A stretch of DNA of 64,000 bases, taken from the NCBI RefSeq assembly GCF_009914755.1, contig NC_060927.1. One strand, 5' to 3'. The stretch's first letter is position 1, and every line of letters starts with the position of its first letter. The DNA comes from the human T2T-CHM13v2.0 reference genome, Homo sapiens. Position numbers and translations under genes: made by a program. Positions 41,968 to 53,229 of this stretch are shown piece by piece. The notes under the pieces were generated by a model. That model did no database searches and was not told where the DNA came from. It saw only the letters and a program-made list of their open reading frames with translations.

Positions 41968-43393
41968 ATATAAATATATATATATTTATATATTTTTATA
42001 TTTTTATATATATTTATATTTTTATATTTTATATATTTTTATATATTTATATATATTTATATTTTATATATATTTATATATATTTATATATTTTTATATA
42101 TTTATATAGTATATATGTGATATATTTATATATAAATATATGTGATATATTTATATATAAATATTTATATTTTATATATTTATATATTTTATATATTTAT
42201 ATATAAATATTTATATTTTATATATTTATATATAAATATTTATATTTTATATATTTATATATTTTATATATTTATATATAAATATTTATATTTTATATAT
42301 TTATATATTTTATATATTTATATATAAATATTTATATTTTATATATTTATATATTTTATGATTTTATAAAATATATAATTTATATAATTTATAAATTATA
42401 TAATTTATATATTATATATAATATGTTTATATTAAATATTATATATTATATATTATATATTATATATTTATATTAAATATTATATATTTATATATTATAT
42501 ATAATATATTTATATTAAATATTATATATTTATATATTATATATATTTATATTAAATATTATATATTTATATATTATTTATATTTATATTAAATATTATA
42601 TATTTATATATTATATATATTTATATTAAATATTATATATTTATATATTATATATATTTATATTAAATATTATATATTTATATATTATATATATTTATAT
42701 TAAATATTATATATTTATATATTATATATATTTATATTAAATATTATATATTTATATATTATATATAATATATTTATATTGAATATTATATATTTATATA
42801 TTATATATAATATATTTATATTGAATATTATATATTTATATATTATATATAATATATTTATATTGAATATTATATATTTATATATTATATATAATATATT
42901 TATATTGAATATTATATATTTATATATTATATAAATATATATGTATTTATTTATATATTTATTTATTTATATATATTTATATTTATATATTTATATATAT
43001 TTATTTATTTATTTATATTTTTATATATATTTATATATTTATATATTTATATATATTTATTTATATAAATATATATTATTTATATAAATATAATATAATA
43101 TATATTATATATATTATATATTATATATTATATACATTATATATATTATATATAATATATATTATATATATTATATAATATATATAATATATATAATAAA
43201 TATTATATAATATTTTATATATTATATAATATATTATATAATATATAAATATAGAGTATTATATAATATATTATATAATATATAAATATATAATACAATA
43301 TTTATATATTATATAATATATTATATAATATATAAATATTATATTATATATTTATATATTATATATAAATATATATATATATATATATTTTTT
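41968..43393. repeat. ~1.4-kb complex AT-rich minisatellite array
   Basis: Almost only A and T. Shows 37-bp and 42-bp periodic blocks (G markers at 42781, 42823, 42865 and 42907). Confidence 0.95.
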
Positions 43394-43627
43394 GAGACAG
43401 AGTCTCACTCTGTCACCCAGGCTGGAGTGCAGTGGTACGAGCTCAGCTCACTTCAACCTCCATCTCCTGGGTTCAAGTGAGCACATCCAGCTAATTTTTG
43501 TATTTTTAGTAGAGACAGGGTTTTGCCATTTTGGCCAGGCTGGCCTCAAACTCCTGACCTCAAATGATCCACCCGCCTCAGCCTCCCAAAGTGCTGGGAT
43601 TACAGGCCTGAACCACCACGCCTGGCC
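43394..43627 (-). mobile_element. AluS SINE with an internal right-arm deletion; its tail merges into the AT array
   Basis: gggttcaagtga is joined directly to gcacatccagctaattttt. Confidence 0.88.
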
Positions 43628-46600
43628 ACACACTACATTTAAGTGTGCAAGGAAGAGGCAACGTTTTGTTCCTTAGTAACTGCCTTAAACTTCTCCATTA
43701 GCCTCCCCATTCTGAGTAGCTAGGAATGTAAATCAACCGATTCAAAGAAAACTTGGCCTCTTGTGATTTAAATTATTTTCCTTTTTCTTTCCATTTAAAC
43801 CCGCCTTTCCTAGGTAAATAATCAGTCCTCCAAACCCTCCACTTTCTCTGCCTTCACTGTCTTGGAGAGCATATTGGGGAGCTTGTAGGGTCCTCATGGC
43901 TGCAGGGCATCTTAGAGCTAGATGGTGTCCTCTGGGTCCTTGCAGGACTCTGCAGTGATGGGGACCCTGCTCGTCAGGTCATTTCTCTGCCTCACTGGCA
44001 TCTGCTGCCAATGTCTAAGACTTGGGAACCTTGGTCTGTTCCCTGTCCTGCTCCAATAGAAGCCAGCACCCCTTCCACGGGCACCAGAGTGGCTCTCACA
44101 CATGTCAGCTACCTGTCCCTGGCTGTCCAATCCCAGGACAGCTACTTTATTACAATGTCACCAGCAATCTTCTATGACCCTGCTTCTGGGTGCCCTCTAT
44201 GCCACACAGGTGCCAGGAAGGACCCTGGAGCCCCCCTTCGGCCTCCCTTGGAAGCCTCTCATCAGGGGTGATTGCACTCTGATTCTGCTGCCCCATATCA
44301 TCATGAGGTGGGGAGTCAGAGGTCACAGGCATCCTGCAAGGCTGCTTCTCTCTGGATTTCAATAGAAGGAGAAGTGAAATTCGTCTTTTGAACAGATTCA
44401 TCTCTAGAAACCCTCTGTCCATGTTCACAAAATCTGTCTTTTGAGCCTTTTGTTACCCTAAAGAGCTAATGGAGTGAACTGATCAATGATCTTTTGGTTC
44501 TGGATCTACATTCACCTTCCCTGGCGTAAAATGCTTATGGTTTAGCCTAAGAAAATGAGGACACAAGGGAATGCAGTTTTAATGGGAAATGAAAAGCACT
44601 GCTTTCTTGTTTTCAAAATAATGGTCCCATTACACGTACAAATATCGATTTATAAGGTGGGGAGTTTGAGACACCACACCAGTGGGCAAGCAACTCTGAT
44701 TTTCAGATTACTTAAAATGTTTTGTACCCAGATACAGACATTGCTCATAGTTATCCAGTTTGCCCATAAGGAATTTCATTCTTTCCCACCGCCTCCCACC
44801 CTCCCTGCAAAAGCTCCTCAGGATTCTCCACTGAGTTCATAATCTTCTCTGTGATCTGCTTATGTCCCTCACTGTCCAACACAGTGAGTATGTTTGGTGT
44901 TTCAGTGAAGTTGTTGTGATAATCAGGGTCCCTTTGAAGTAGAAGAGCATTTTTTTTTTGGCTGAAGACTCAGCAGCACCCTTATTTTCTCTAAATTCTG
45001 GTTCCCAACTGGCTTTAAACACAAACCTCCTTACTGCTCCTTTCTCTGAATTCAACTGTAAGCTTCCCATTTCCTGTTCAATCAACACGTACCCCTCTAT
45101 TGTTGTCTTACTAGGAAGTAGATTTATTCTTATCAGTATTTCTTAGCCGTTTGGAGGCATGGACCCCTGTGAAAATCTAATGAAAACTAATAATGCTCAT
45201 CCTAGAAAAGTGTGCGTGCATACCAAAGTTTGTGAACAATATCAGGGGTCCACAGAGGCCCATCCATGGACTCCATATCAGCCAAGATCCCAACTTAGCA
45301 TTTATTGTCTCAGCTATCATGAAAATTAAAATCAGCTCATGGGGGGAAATATGTGTGAGTTGATAACATAGGGCAGGGATTGCTTAACCCTTTGCAGGCT
45401 AAAAATACCTATTTTTCTCTGGAGATGTAAATATTTGTTAATCTACTTGATGAATATTATATGGCCAAATAATACTGTTATTTTTGAAGTTCTTGTGGCT
45501 TTTAATAATGGTGCTTCCAGTTATGCTCATGGTATCATCTGGGCATCAGATCTGTGTGCATACGATTTGTCTTTCTGTGAACTCAAGAACCATCACTTAG
45601 CATTATGATTCTTGCTGCTCCAATAAAACTTGTATGTCTTGATAATCTTTAGGATTCCATTCTTTAAGATTTGCTCAGTTATCTATTCTAATTCCCCTTC
45701 CTGACAATATCCACCTCAACCAACCAGATGAGGGCCCTTCCTCTGAGTCTCATCAAAACCTTACATGTGGTTATTCTGTTCCCCAGTGTGTTACAATTGT
45801 CTGGTTCAATGTTCCTCTCTCCACCACACCGTCAACTCCAGTAGGGCAGGAACAGTGTCACTCTCACCTTTGAGCCCCAGTAAAGCACAGTGCTCAGCAC
45901 ATAGTAGGTGCTCAACATGTGTTTGCTGGATGTAGACTGAATCACAGTAATTCTTCATAATTTCTCATGTGATAAATAGACATGAAACGTGGACAAATCA
46001 TGTTAAGCAGGTTTCATCTTTTGGGTTAACTATTTTAGCCTTGTAAACTAGTCTTTCATTGTCTGTATATTCAAGCAATAATTGAGCCAAAGCTTAATAT
46101 TAATAAAAGTAAACTAGAGTTAAGATAAATTGACAGTTCCATGTGTAGAGATGATAAGAGAAGGTCACCATGGCTGAGTTTGTAACTAGTTGCTGACTTC
46201 CTGCATAATTTAGTGCATACTACAACAGTAGCAGAAAATCTATTTGATAGTTAAAGTCCTATTCCTTAGACTGGTGTTTAACGCTCTGCAGACTGACCCA
46301 GGCCTGATTTTTCCATACCACCTGGCTCCCCACTCTCTCCACTTCTGAACCTTATCCCTCAAACTATGCAAGCAGCTTCATGCACCCTGGGTCCTATTGG
46401 TCTTGCTGCTTCTACATCAAGAATGCCTGTCCCATGACGACATATTAAAATGTCCCTCATATTTTGAGAACCTGCTCAGAGGTCATTCTTCCTGTGGACC
46501 ACCTGCACATCCCAGGCAAAGGAATTCCCCTTTCTCAAACATGCTAGGAGCACAGGTTACTTCACATGAGTCCCTCATCACTGATTTTCACTCAGGACCA

Positions 46601-48047
46601 GAAAAAAAAATAGTCACTTCCAATAGATGTTTTTCTCTTAATTATTCAGTGATATTTTTCATTTCTATGTCATCTGTTTTCTTCTAATCACCTTTGGATA
46701 GACGTCTCCCTTTAGAATTTATCCAATTACAAACTGTCTCAAGTAAAATTGATACACAAACAAAGTATGAAAGAACATGTCACATATCTTTTTAAAAAAG
46801 CAAGATATCCAGATTATTGTTGCAAAATGTTGTGTGATGAAGTCCTTCCTGCTGAATGAGTAACTGGATGAAAAGACCATACTTCTTTTTCATCCTTACT
46901 AATATTGTTGATAATATTTACTCATCAATTCTTGAGCTTGAGAAAATTCACCTAGGACACTGTCATCTGAAGACTCTTAGTCTGAGATTTCAATAATATA
47001 ACCAATTTCACCATTATTGTTAGAATCTAGAGACCTGCTGTCCTCTTTGAATTCATCTTTTGAGTCATCTAGTGATTGTGAAATGTTGTTCTCTGTCAGT
47101 TTTTGGAATTTTCAATTGTATGCAGTGAAAGCTAAAAGCAGATTCAAAATAGTGATGATTTATGTCACTATTGAATCATCCTTCTAGGCAATTTCATTAT
47201 TCTATTTATTTTTTCATCTTTCTTTAGCATAATTGGGAATAATTGGTGAGTAATGATGAGAAATAATTCCCTGGATGATGAAATAGCAAAATGTTTCAAA
47301 AGATAGGAAAAATAAGATCACAAAGATCCCATGATGTATCTTAGATTTATAAAAAGGTCAAGTGAACCCATATGGTAATTGTAATGAGTTATATTTTATT
47401 TAAAACATAAGTAAGTTCTCTTCTTGTTCTTCAGAAGCCCTCTAAGAGAATAAAAGTTATAAAATATCAAACCGTACAAATACATAAAACAACTCCAAGA
47501 GGAAACTCAAAAAGTAAAATTGGGTCCAGTGACCCCGATGGTATGCCATATTATGTACATATGAACACTTCAACACACATCTGTCTAACTGAAGGCCAAG
47601 AATAGAGTAAGAGTCACACTCTCTATGTCTTCCTGGAGTTCCCCAAGCCTGGTAAAGGGTTTACTCACAGAAGGAGTTTAGGAGATATTCAGCAAGTGGA
47701 GAGTTGGAGCAGGAGATATAATTATTAAGGGAATGTCAAACAATATTCCTTACATATGTGCAAGGTCCTTGTACCATCTCAAAATCTTGGCCCTTTGCCT
47801 AGAATATTGTTCTTCCCTCTCTTCCTTTTAGCTGGTTGACTGTTAACTTTGAATCTCAACTCAGAGTCCCTTCCGCAGGGAAGTTTTCCCTAATCCTCAA
47901 CCCCTCCCATCAAGTGCTTATTTATGGGCTGTGAGAATCCCTTCCCTTCCCCACATCCCAGCCACAAACATCATCTTCTCTGCATTGAACCACCATGAAA
48001 AGTTAGTACTCATTAGCCAATGCCTCTTCCTCTCCATTCCCACCCTA

Positions 48048-48623
48048 TTGGTTACTGGTTACAAAAATACAGTCAGATAGAAGGAATGAGTTCTTATGTT
48101 AGATAGCACAGTAAGAGAACTGTAGTTAACATAATTTATTGTTTATTTGGGCTGCGCATGGTGGCATGTGTCTGTAGTCCCAGCTACTTGGAAGACTAAG
48201 GCAAAGAGAATCGCTTGAGCCTAGGAGCTCTGGGCTGTAATGTGCTGTGCTGGTTGGGTGTCTGCACTAAGTTTGGCGTCAATATGGTGACCTCCCGGGA
48301 GCGGGAGACCACCAGATTGCCTGAGGAGGGGTGAACTAGCCCAGACTGGAAACAAAGCAGCTCCAAGCTCCCATGCTAATCAGTGATGGGATTATGTCTG
48401 TGAATAGCTACTGCACTCCAGCCTGGGCAACACAATGAGACCCTGTCTCTAAAAATAATAATTTATTGTATATTTGGAATGTTCTCAACACAAAGAAATG
48501 ATAAATGTTTGAAGTGATGGATATCTTAATTATCCTGATTTGATCATTACACAATGTAGGCATGTATCAGATATCACATGTATCCTATAAATATGTACAA
48601 TTATTAGGTATCAATTTTTAAAA
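48048..48623 (+). mobile_element. L1MA-type 3' end fragment interrupted by the 7SL pseudogene
   Basis: tacaaaaatacagtcagatagaaggaatgagttc...caacacaaagaaatgataaatgtttgaagtgatggata...tataaatatgtacaattatt. Confidence 0.75.
48151..48450 (+). pseudogene. Full-length processed 7SL (SRP RNA) pseudogene
   Basis: Alu domain plus the S domain that Alus lack (gcactaagtttggcgtcaatatggtgacctcccgggagcgggagaccaccag...gaggggtgaac). Short A tail and a 20-bp TSD with one mismatch (48131-48150 and 48458-48477). Confidence 0.93.
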
Positions 48624-48999
48624 GTGAATATGGAAAGTTTTAGTGTGTCTCATTCATTACAGGGCTGGCCCAGGCAAGGGCTGGTCAGGTTCTCCAAGCA
48701 TCCTTTGCACCAGCACAGTGCTGCCCATGGTAGGAGCTCAGAGAGTAGTCTGTGAATGAAAAAAAAAAAGAATTCAAACACTTTTTTGAGTAAAGAGGAT
48801 TACCTTCTCAAATTCATGCATTTGAGAAAGTAAAGGTAAAACTAAAAGTCCATCTGAAGAGAAAGCAGACCAGGTAAGAAAGCTGTTACTTTCCTAGACT
48901 ATATGTTCCTATGTTCCTTTACTCAGGGGTTATTGGGAACAAGAAGCAACATGGCTGTAGCAGAGGGCTCCTCATCTCATGATTCTGGCTTTCATTTAG

Positions 49000-49239
49000 G
49001 TGTCGGATGATTTATCAGAGACAGACATCAGCAATGAGGCTCGGGATCCCCAGACTCTCACAGACACCACAGAGGAGAAACGGAGAAACAGGCTGTACGA
49101 GTTAGCAATGAAAATGAGTGAAAAGGAGACTTCTTCAGGGGAGGATCAGGAGTCTGAGCCCAAGACAGAATCTGAGAACCAGAAGGAAAGTCTGTCCTCT
49201 GAAGACAACAGCCAGAGTGTCCAGGAAGAGCTGAAGAAG
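49000..49239 (+). CDS. MYRIP: MYRIP internal coding exon (240 nt, phase 0-0): VSDDLSETDISNE...VQEELKK
   Basis: ttcatttag| acceptor and AAG|gtaagg donor; 80 codons. No further exon was recognised before the window end. Confidence 0.96.
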
Positions 49240-51217
49240 GTAAGGGCTGTGAAGCCACCTGCAGACAGCTCAAGCTTCTGCAGTGGGGTGTTGGAGAAAG
49301 ATCCTATATTGGTGCAGAAAGCTGCTGGGTCCCCAAAGAGCTCTCTCTAAAATGCCCATCCCTGTGCATTTGGGAGAGCCTAAGAGAACCCTTCTTAACT
49401 TGCACTGGGGGGTACAATCAGGAAAACAGCATCATGGAAGTTTCCCAAGAACTCTTACCTTCCACTATCTTTCATCAAGACAGCCCCTTGGCTTTGAGTC
49501 TATGATTTAGTGCCCCTTATCCCTCTCACTGGTAAAAATCAGTATTATTTCCTGCTCCACCCTCTCCCTGAGCAGATACATCCATCTGCTGGTACATGAA
49601 GAATTTTGCCCATGGATTAAGGTCATCTAGCCAACCCCTCTTTTAATCAGTGATGAAGCTCTGCTCCATGCTATGGAGCCTCTGTGTTCAAAGTGGCCTT
49701 CTGGATTGTTTCTCTCTGCAGTTTTCAGATTTTGATTTGGTTGTTTTAGCGTCGGAATCCTTTTTCAAACAATCTTTATATGGAATCCCAGTGTTTCACA
49801 CAGAAAAAAATTATTCTTGTCTCAGGGTCCCCAAAGCCCTAACCGCTTGATTTTCAGACCCACACTCCTCCTCCCCTTTTCCTACCCCCAGTAGGCCCCT
49901 GAGTTCCAAAGGACACAGTTGGAAAACCACAGAAGATAAACTCAACCTCTGGCATAAAAGAATCCCACACTCCCTCCCCATTGTCAGTGCTCTGCCTGCT
50001 GTCCTCCAGCATTGGGGTTTCCTCTACAGCTTCTCAAAGCACATTTATGCTAGACTTGCCACTTTAGAGTCAGAATATCCCTGCCAGCCTCCAATGGAAG
50101 GGAACACACTAACATTTGTTGAGTGTCTCCTCTGTGCGTGTGCCTGTACACATGTTCATTAGGTCCTTAAATAACCCTTTGAAATAGAAGCAGCCCATTT
50201 TTGCAGAAGAGGAAACTGAACCTGAGTCATTGAGGTCCTTACCCAGGGCTCACATCTAGTAAGTTTCAGAGCTAAGGCTGCATCACAAACCTGCTTGGCC
50301 TTAAATCACAGGCCCCTTCCTTTACAATGAGCCAGAGATTCTATTTTATCTTCAGAGTGATGATTCTGTTAGAGAAAAACCTCCCAGGTGTTTTCTGTGT
50401 CCCAAGTATATACTGTGTAAACTAAGAAGTTGCTGGTAATGCACATGCATGAGTGAAGGAGCTGCCTTCATCTGCCCAGCAGCCGAGCTGGGGTCCTGTG
50501 GAGGATGAAGTGAAGACCATTACCCGTGGCTGAGCCCCTGAACCCTCCAACACCTCAGACTCTGTATTTCACTTTTCCCATCCCACCCTCCATAACCATC
50601 AAGTCCTCACCCATAAATCTTTCCCTGGCTTGTCTGTGAGTTGGAGAGTGGAGCTTGTTCTCCACGAGGAGCCCCTCACTGGGATATGGACTCCAACCTA
50701 TTGCAAATGGTAAGGGCTCTGATCCTCTCTGTTACTTGAACTGATGCTGCATTACAGTCAGATTTGTACGCTGGAGCTTAGAGCCAGATGGTAACTGGAG
50801 AATATCACATTCTTTCTTACAATGGCTTTATCTCCCACTGGCTTTGCTGCCTATGGTCCCAAGGCTCTAAAAACTCTCACTGTACCAGTGGCATGCCAGG
50901 CTGTGAGTCATGCAACCTCACCCTTCATCATTCTGCAAGGAGCAACCTCCTGGAGGCAGTCACCAATGTACGCTATTCTCCCCTGGGCAGAGTGTCAGCA
51001 GAGAAAGGAGGAGCTACTGGGGGGACTTCCTGGGGACTTGGACAAGCGCCCCCATCCTGCCCCTGCCCTAATTAGGCAGGAAATTAAGAGAGTTGGCTTT
51101 ATTCAGATTCCCGAATGTGTCAGCTTTTCAAAGTTCAAGTCTTGCCTTCCTAGTCTTCCATGAGTCAATGAATTAAATATTCAAACATATTCTTTTGCAT
51201 GTAAAAGTCCATATAGC

Positions 51218-51436
51218 CATATATATATATGTGTGTGTGTATATATATATACATATATATACGTGTGTGTATATACATATATATACGTGTGTGTGTATAT
51301 ATATATACACACACACACACATATATATATATATACACACACGTATATATATAGAGAGAGAGCGCCATATAGACTATATATATATGTTGGAGGGTTCAGG
51401 GGCTCAGCCACATATATATATAACTATATAATATAT
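51218..51436. repeat. Compound (TA)/(TG)/(CA) microsatellite
   Basis: Read directly; purine-pyrimidine alternation is unbroken over 51218-51353. Confidence 0.95.
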
Positions 51437-51567
51437 GGTTTCCCCATCAGGCAGGTACTACTGTAGTTAAAGAAAAACAGAAATATAGGGTTAAGTATTG
51501 AATATTATTTAAAAACAGAAAAGTTTTGAGATATATTTTAGGATTAGACTGAGTTTGAAGCATAATC

Positions 51568-52040
51568 GCCCAGGCGCAGTGGCTCATGCCCATAATCCCA
51601 GCACTTTGGGAGGCCAAGGCAGGCAGATCGCTTGAGCCTAGGATTTTCAGACCAGCCTAGGCAACACGGCAAAAACCCATCTCTACTAAAAAATTAGCCA
51701 GGCTTGGTGGCGTGCACCTGTAGTCTCAGCTATGTAAGAGGCTGAGGTGGGAGGATCACTTGGGCCCACGAGGTTGAGGCTCATCACTGGACTCCAGCCT
51801 GGGTGACAGAGTGAGACCCTGTCTCAAAAAATATATAAGTAAATAAAAACAAAAAAATTAGCCAAGCATGGTGGTTCATGTCTGTGGTCCCAGTTACTCG
51901 AGAGGCTGAGATGACTTGAACCCAGGAGGTTGAGGCTGCAGTGACCCATGATTGCACCACAGCACTCCAGCCTGGGCAATGACAGAGTGAGACCCTGTCT
52001 CAAAAATAAATATATAAATAAAAGGAAAAAGAAAAACAAA
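51568..52040 (+). mobile_element. AluJ dimer followed by an extra right monomer
   Basis: Left arm, right arm, A-rich tail, then ttagccaagcatggtgg...ccctgtctc with its own A-rich tail. Confidence 0.85.
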
Positions 52041-52690
52041 ACCATGCAGTTTGCAAACTCTGTGGCATTGGTTAATGGCTTACCTCACTGCTACTACTTA
52101 GAACCTGACAATTCATTTCTTGCCTGCTTACTCTACCTCACCTCCTAACTGGTCTCCTGACCCTGCAGGCCCTTCTTGGCCCTTCTAATTCTTTCTCCAC
52201 TCAGTGGCCAGGCTGCCCTACAGTTCCTGCACTTGCTTACAGCCTGTCAACAGGCTCATGTCTGTCTTGCTTTTTAATTGATCCCTAGGACCCAGTCCAG
52301 GTTTTCATTGTTGATTGAATAAACACATCTTGGCCTCATTTGTAAAATGGGGATAATCATAACCCCTTATAGGGTTGTGAGGAATGAATTATGTAGTGTA
52401 GGATTTAGCATATAGCAGGAGCCCAGCAAATCTTAATTATTGTAGCTTTAGAAAAATAAGCTTCACTGTCATGAAATAACATCCATCTGCTGGTACTGAA
52501 GGAACAGCTTAGTGCTGATCCCCATCAACACTTGCAGTGTCATGCTGTGGGTCTGTAACTACATTTGGTGCTCCTTGATGCTATGCAGAGTGTAAGTGTG
52601 GAAATCACTACATCAGACCCCTAGGTTACCATCTTCAGGATCAGAGTTAACTGTGATGTCCCCATGACCCCAACACCACTAGTCTGAGCA

Positions 52691-52730
52691 ACACACACAC
52701 AGACACACACACACAGACACACACACACAC
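52691..52730. repeat. (CA)n microsatellite with GA interruptions
   Basis: Read directly from the sequence. Confidence 0.9.
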
Positions 52731-52813
52731 TCTTTGGGGAGTAGATCTACGGTAATGTGACTATTCCAGAAGCTGCCACTGCGCCACCCTTGTTTCTTAA
52801 CCATGGTAGTGCA

Positions 52814-53229
52814 CACTAGCCCAAAGTCCAACTACCTGAGGACCTTCTCTGAGTAGCAAGAGCTCCTCTTCCTACACAGAAGACTAGCTGGAAGTGCCAG
52901 AGAAATACCACTCCCAGGAGCGGGAGTGAGGCACTAACTAGTGACTGATGGGAAGGGTGTAAATATCCCAGCTCCTTTGCTTTGCTTCGGTTGGGATGGT
53001 GACTCTGAGGCTTGAGCCATGCACTGACTGCCTCAGCTGGAGGCACCCACAGTGATAAACTACTTGATAAACTACATGATACGGCAGTCTTCTCTACAGA
53101 CTCTGTTCCCTTTCCTGTCCCACTTCCCCACTCCTCTGCCACTGTTTCCTGGGATTGCCTCCCACATAAGCCATGTGCACCCCAATTTTTGTCTCAGGGT
53201 CATCTTCTGGGGGAGCCTAGACTAAGACA
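52814..53229 (+). mobile_element. LTR16-like ERVL LTR
   Basis: gtgactgatggg...aaatatcccagctcc...tgtttcctgggattgcctccca...tgtctcagggtcatcttctgggggagcctagactaagaca. Confidence 0.7.

Noticed and set aside
41922-42327. I/Y/F-rich ORFs here and at 30028 and 51165-51466
   Set aside because: Translations of AT-rich repeats and microsatellites.
42440-42940. Regular 37-42 bp periodicity resembling a CRISPR-like array
   Set aside because: There are no unique spacers, the units are pure low-complexity tandem repeats, and the context is a eukaryotic intron.
50526-51411. 886-bp DNA transposon defined by the 27-bp inverted repeats
   Set aside because: No TSD, the termini resemble no superfamily I know, and perfect identity conflicts with the long inactivity of DNA transposons in this lineage.
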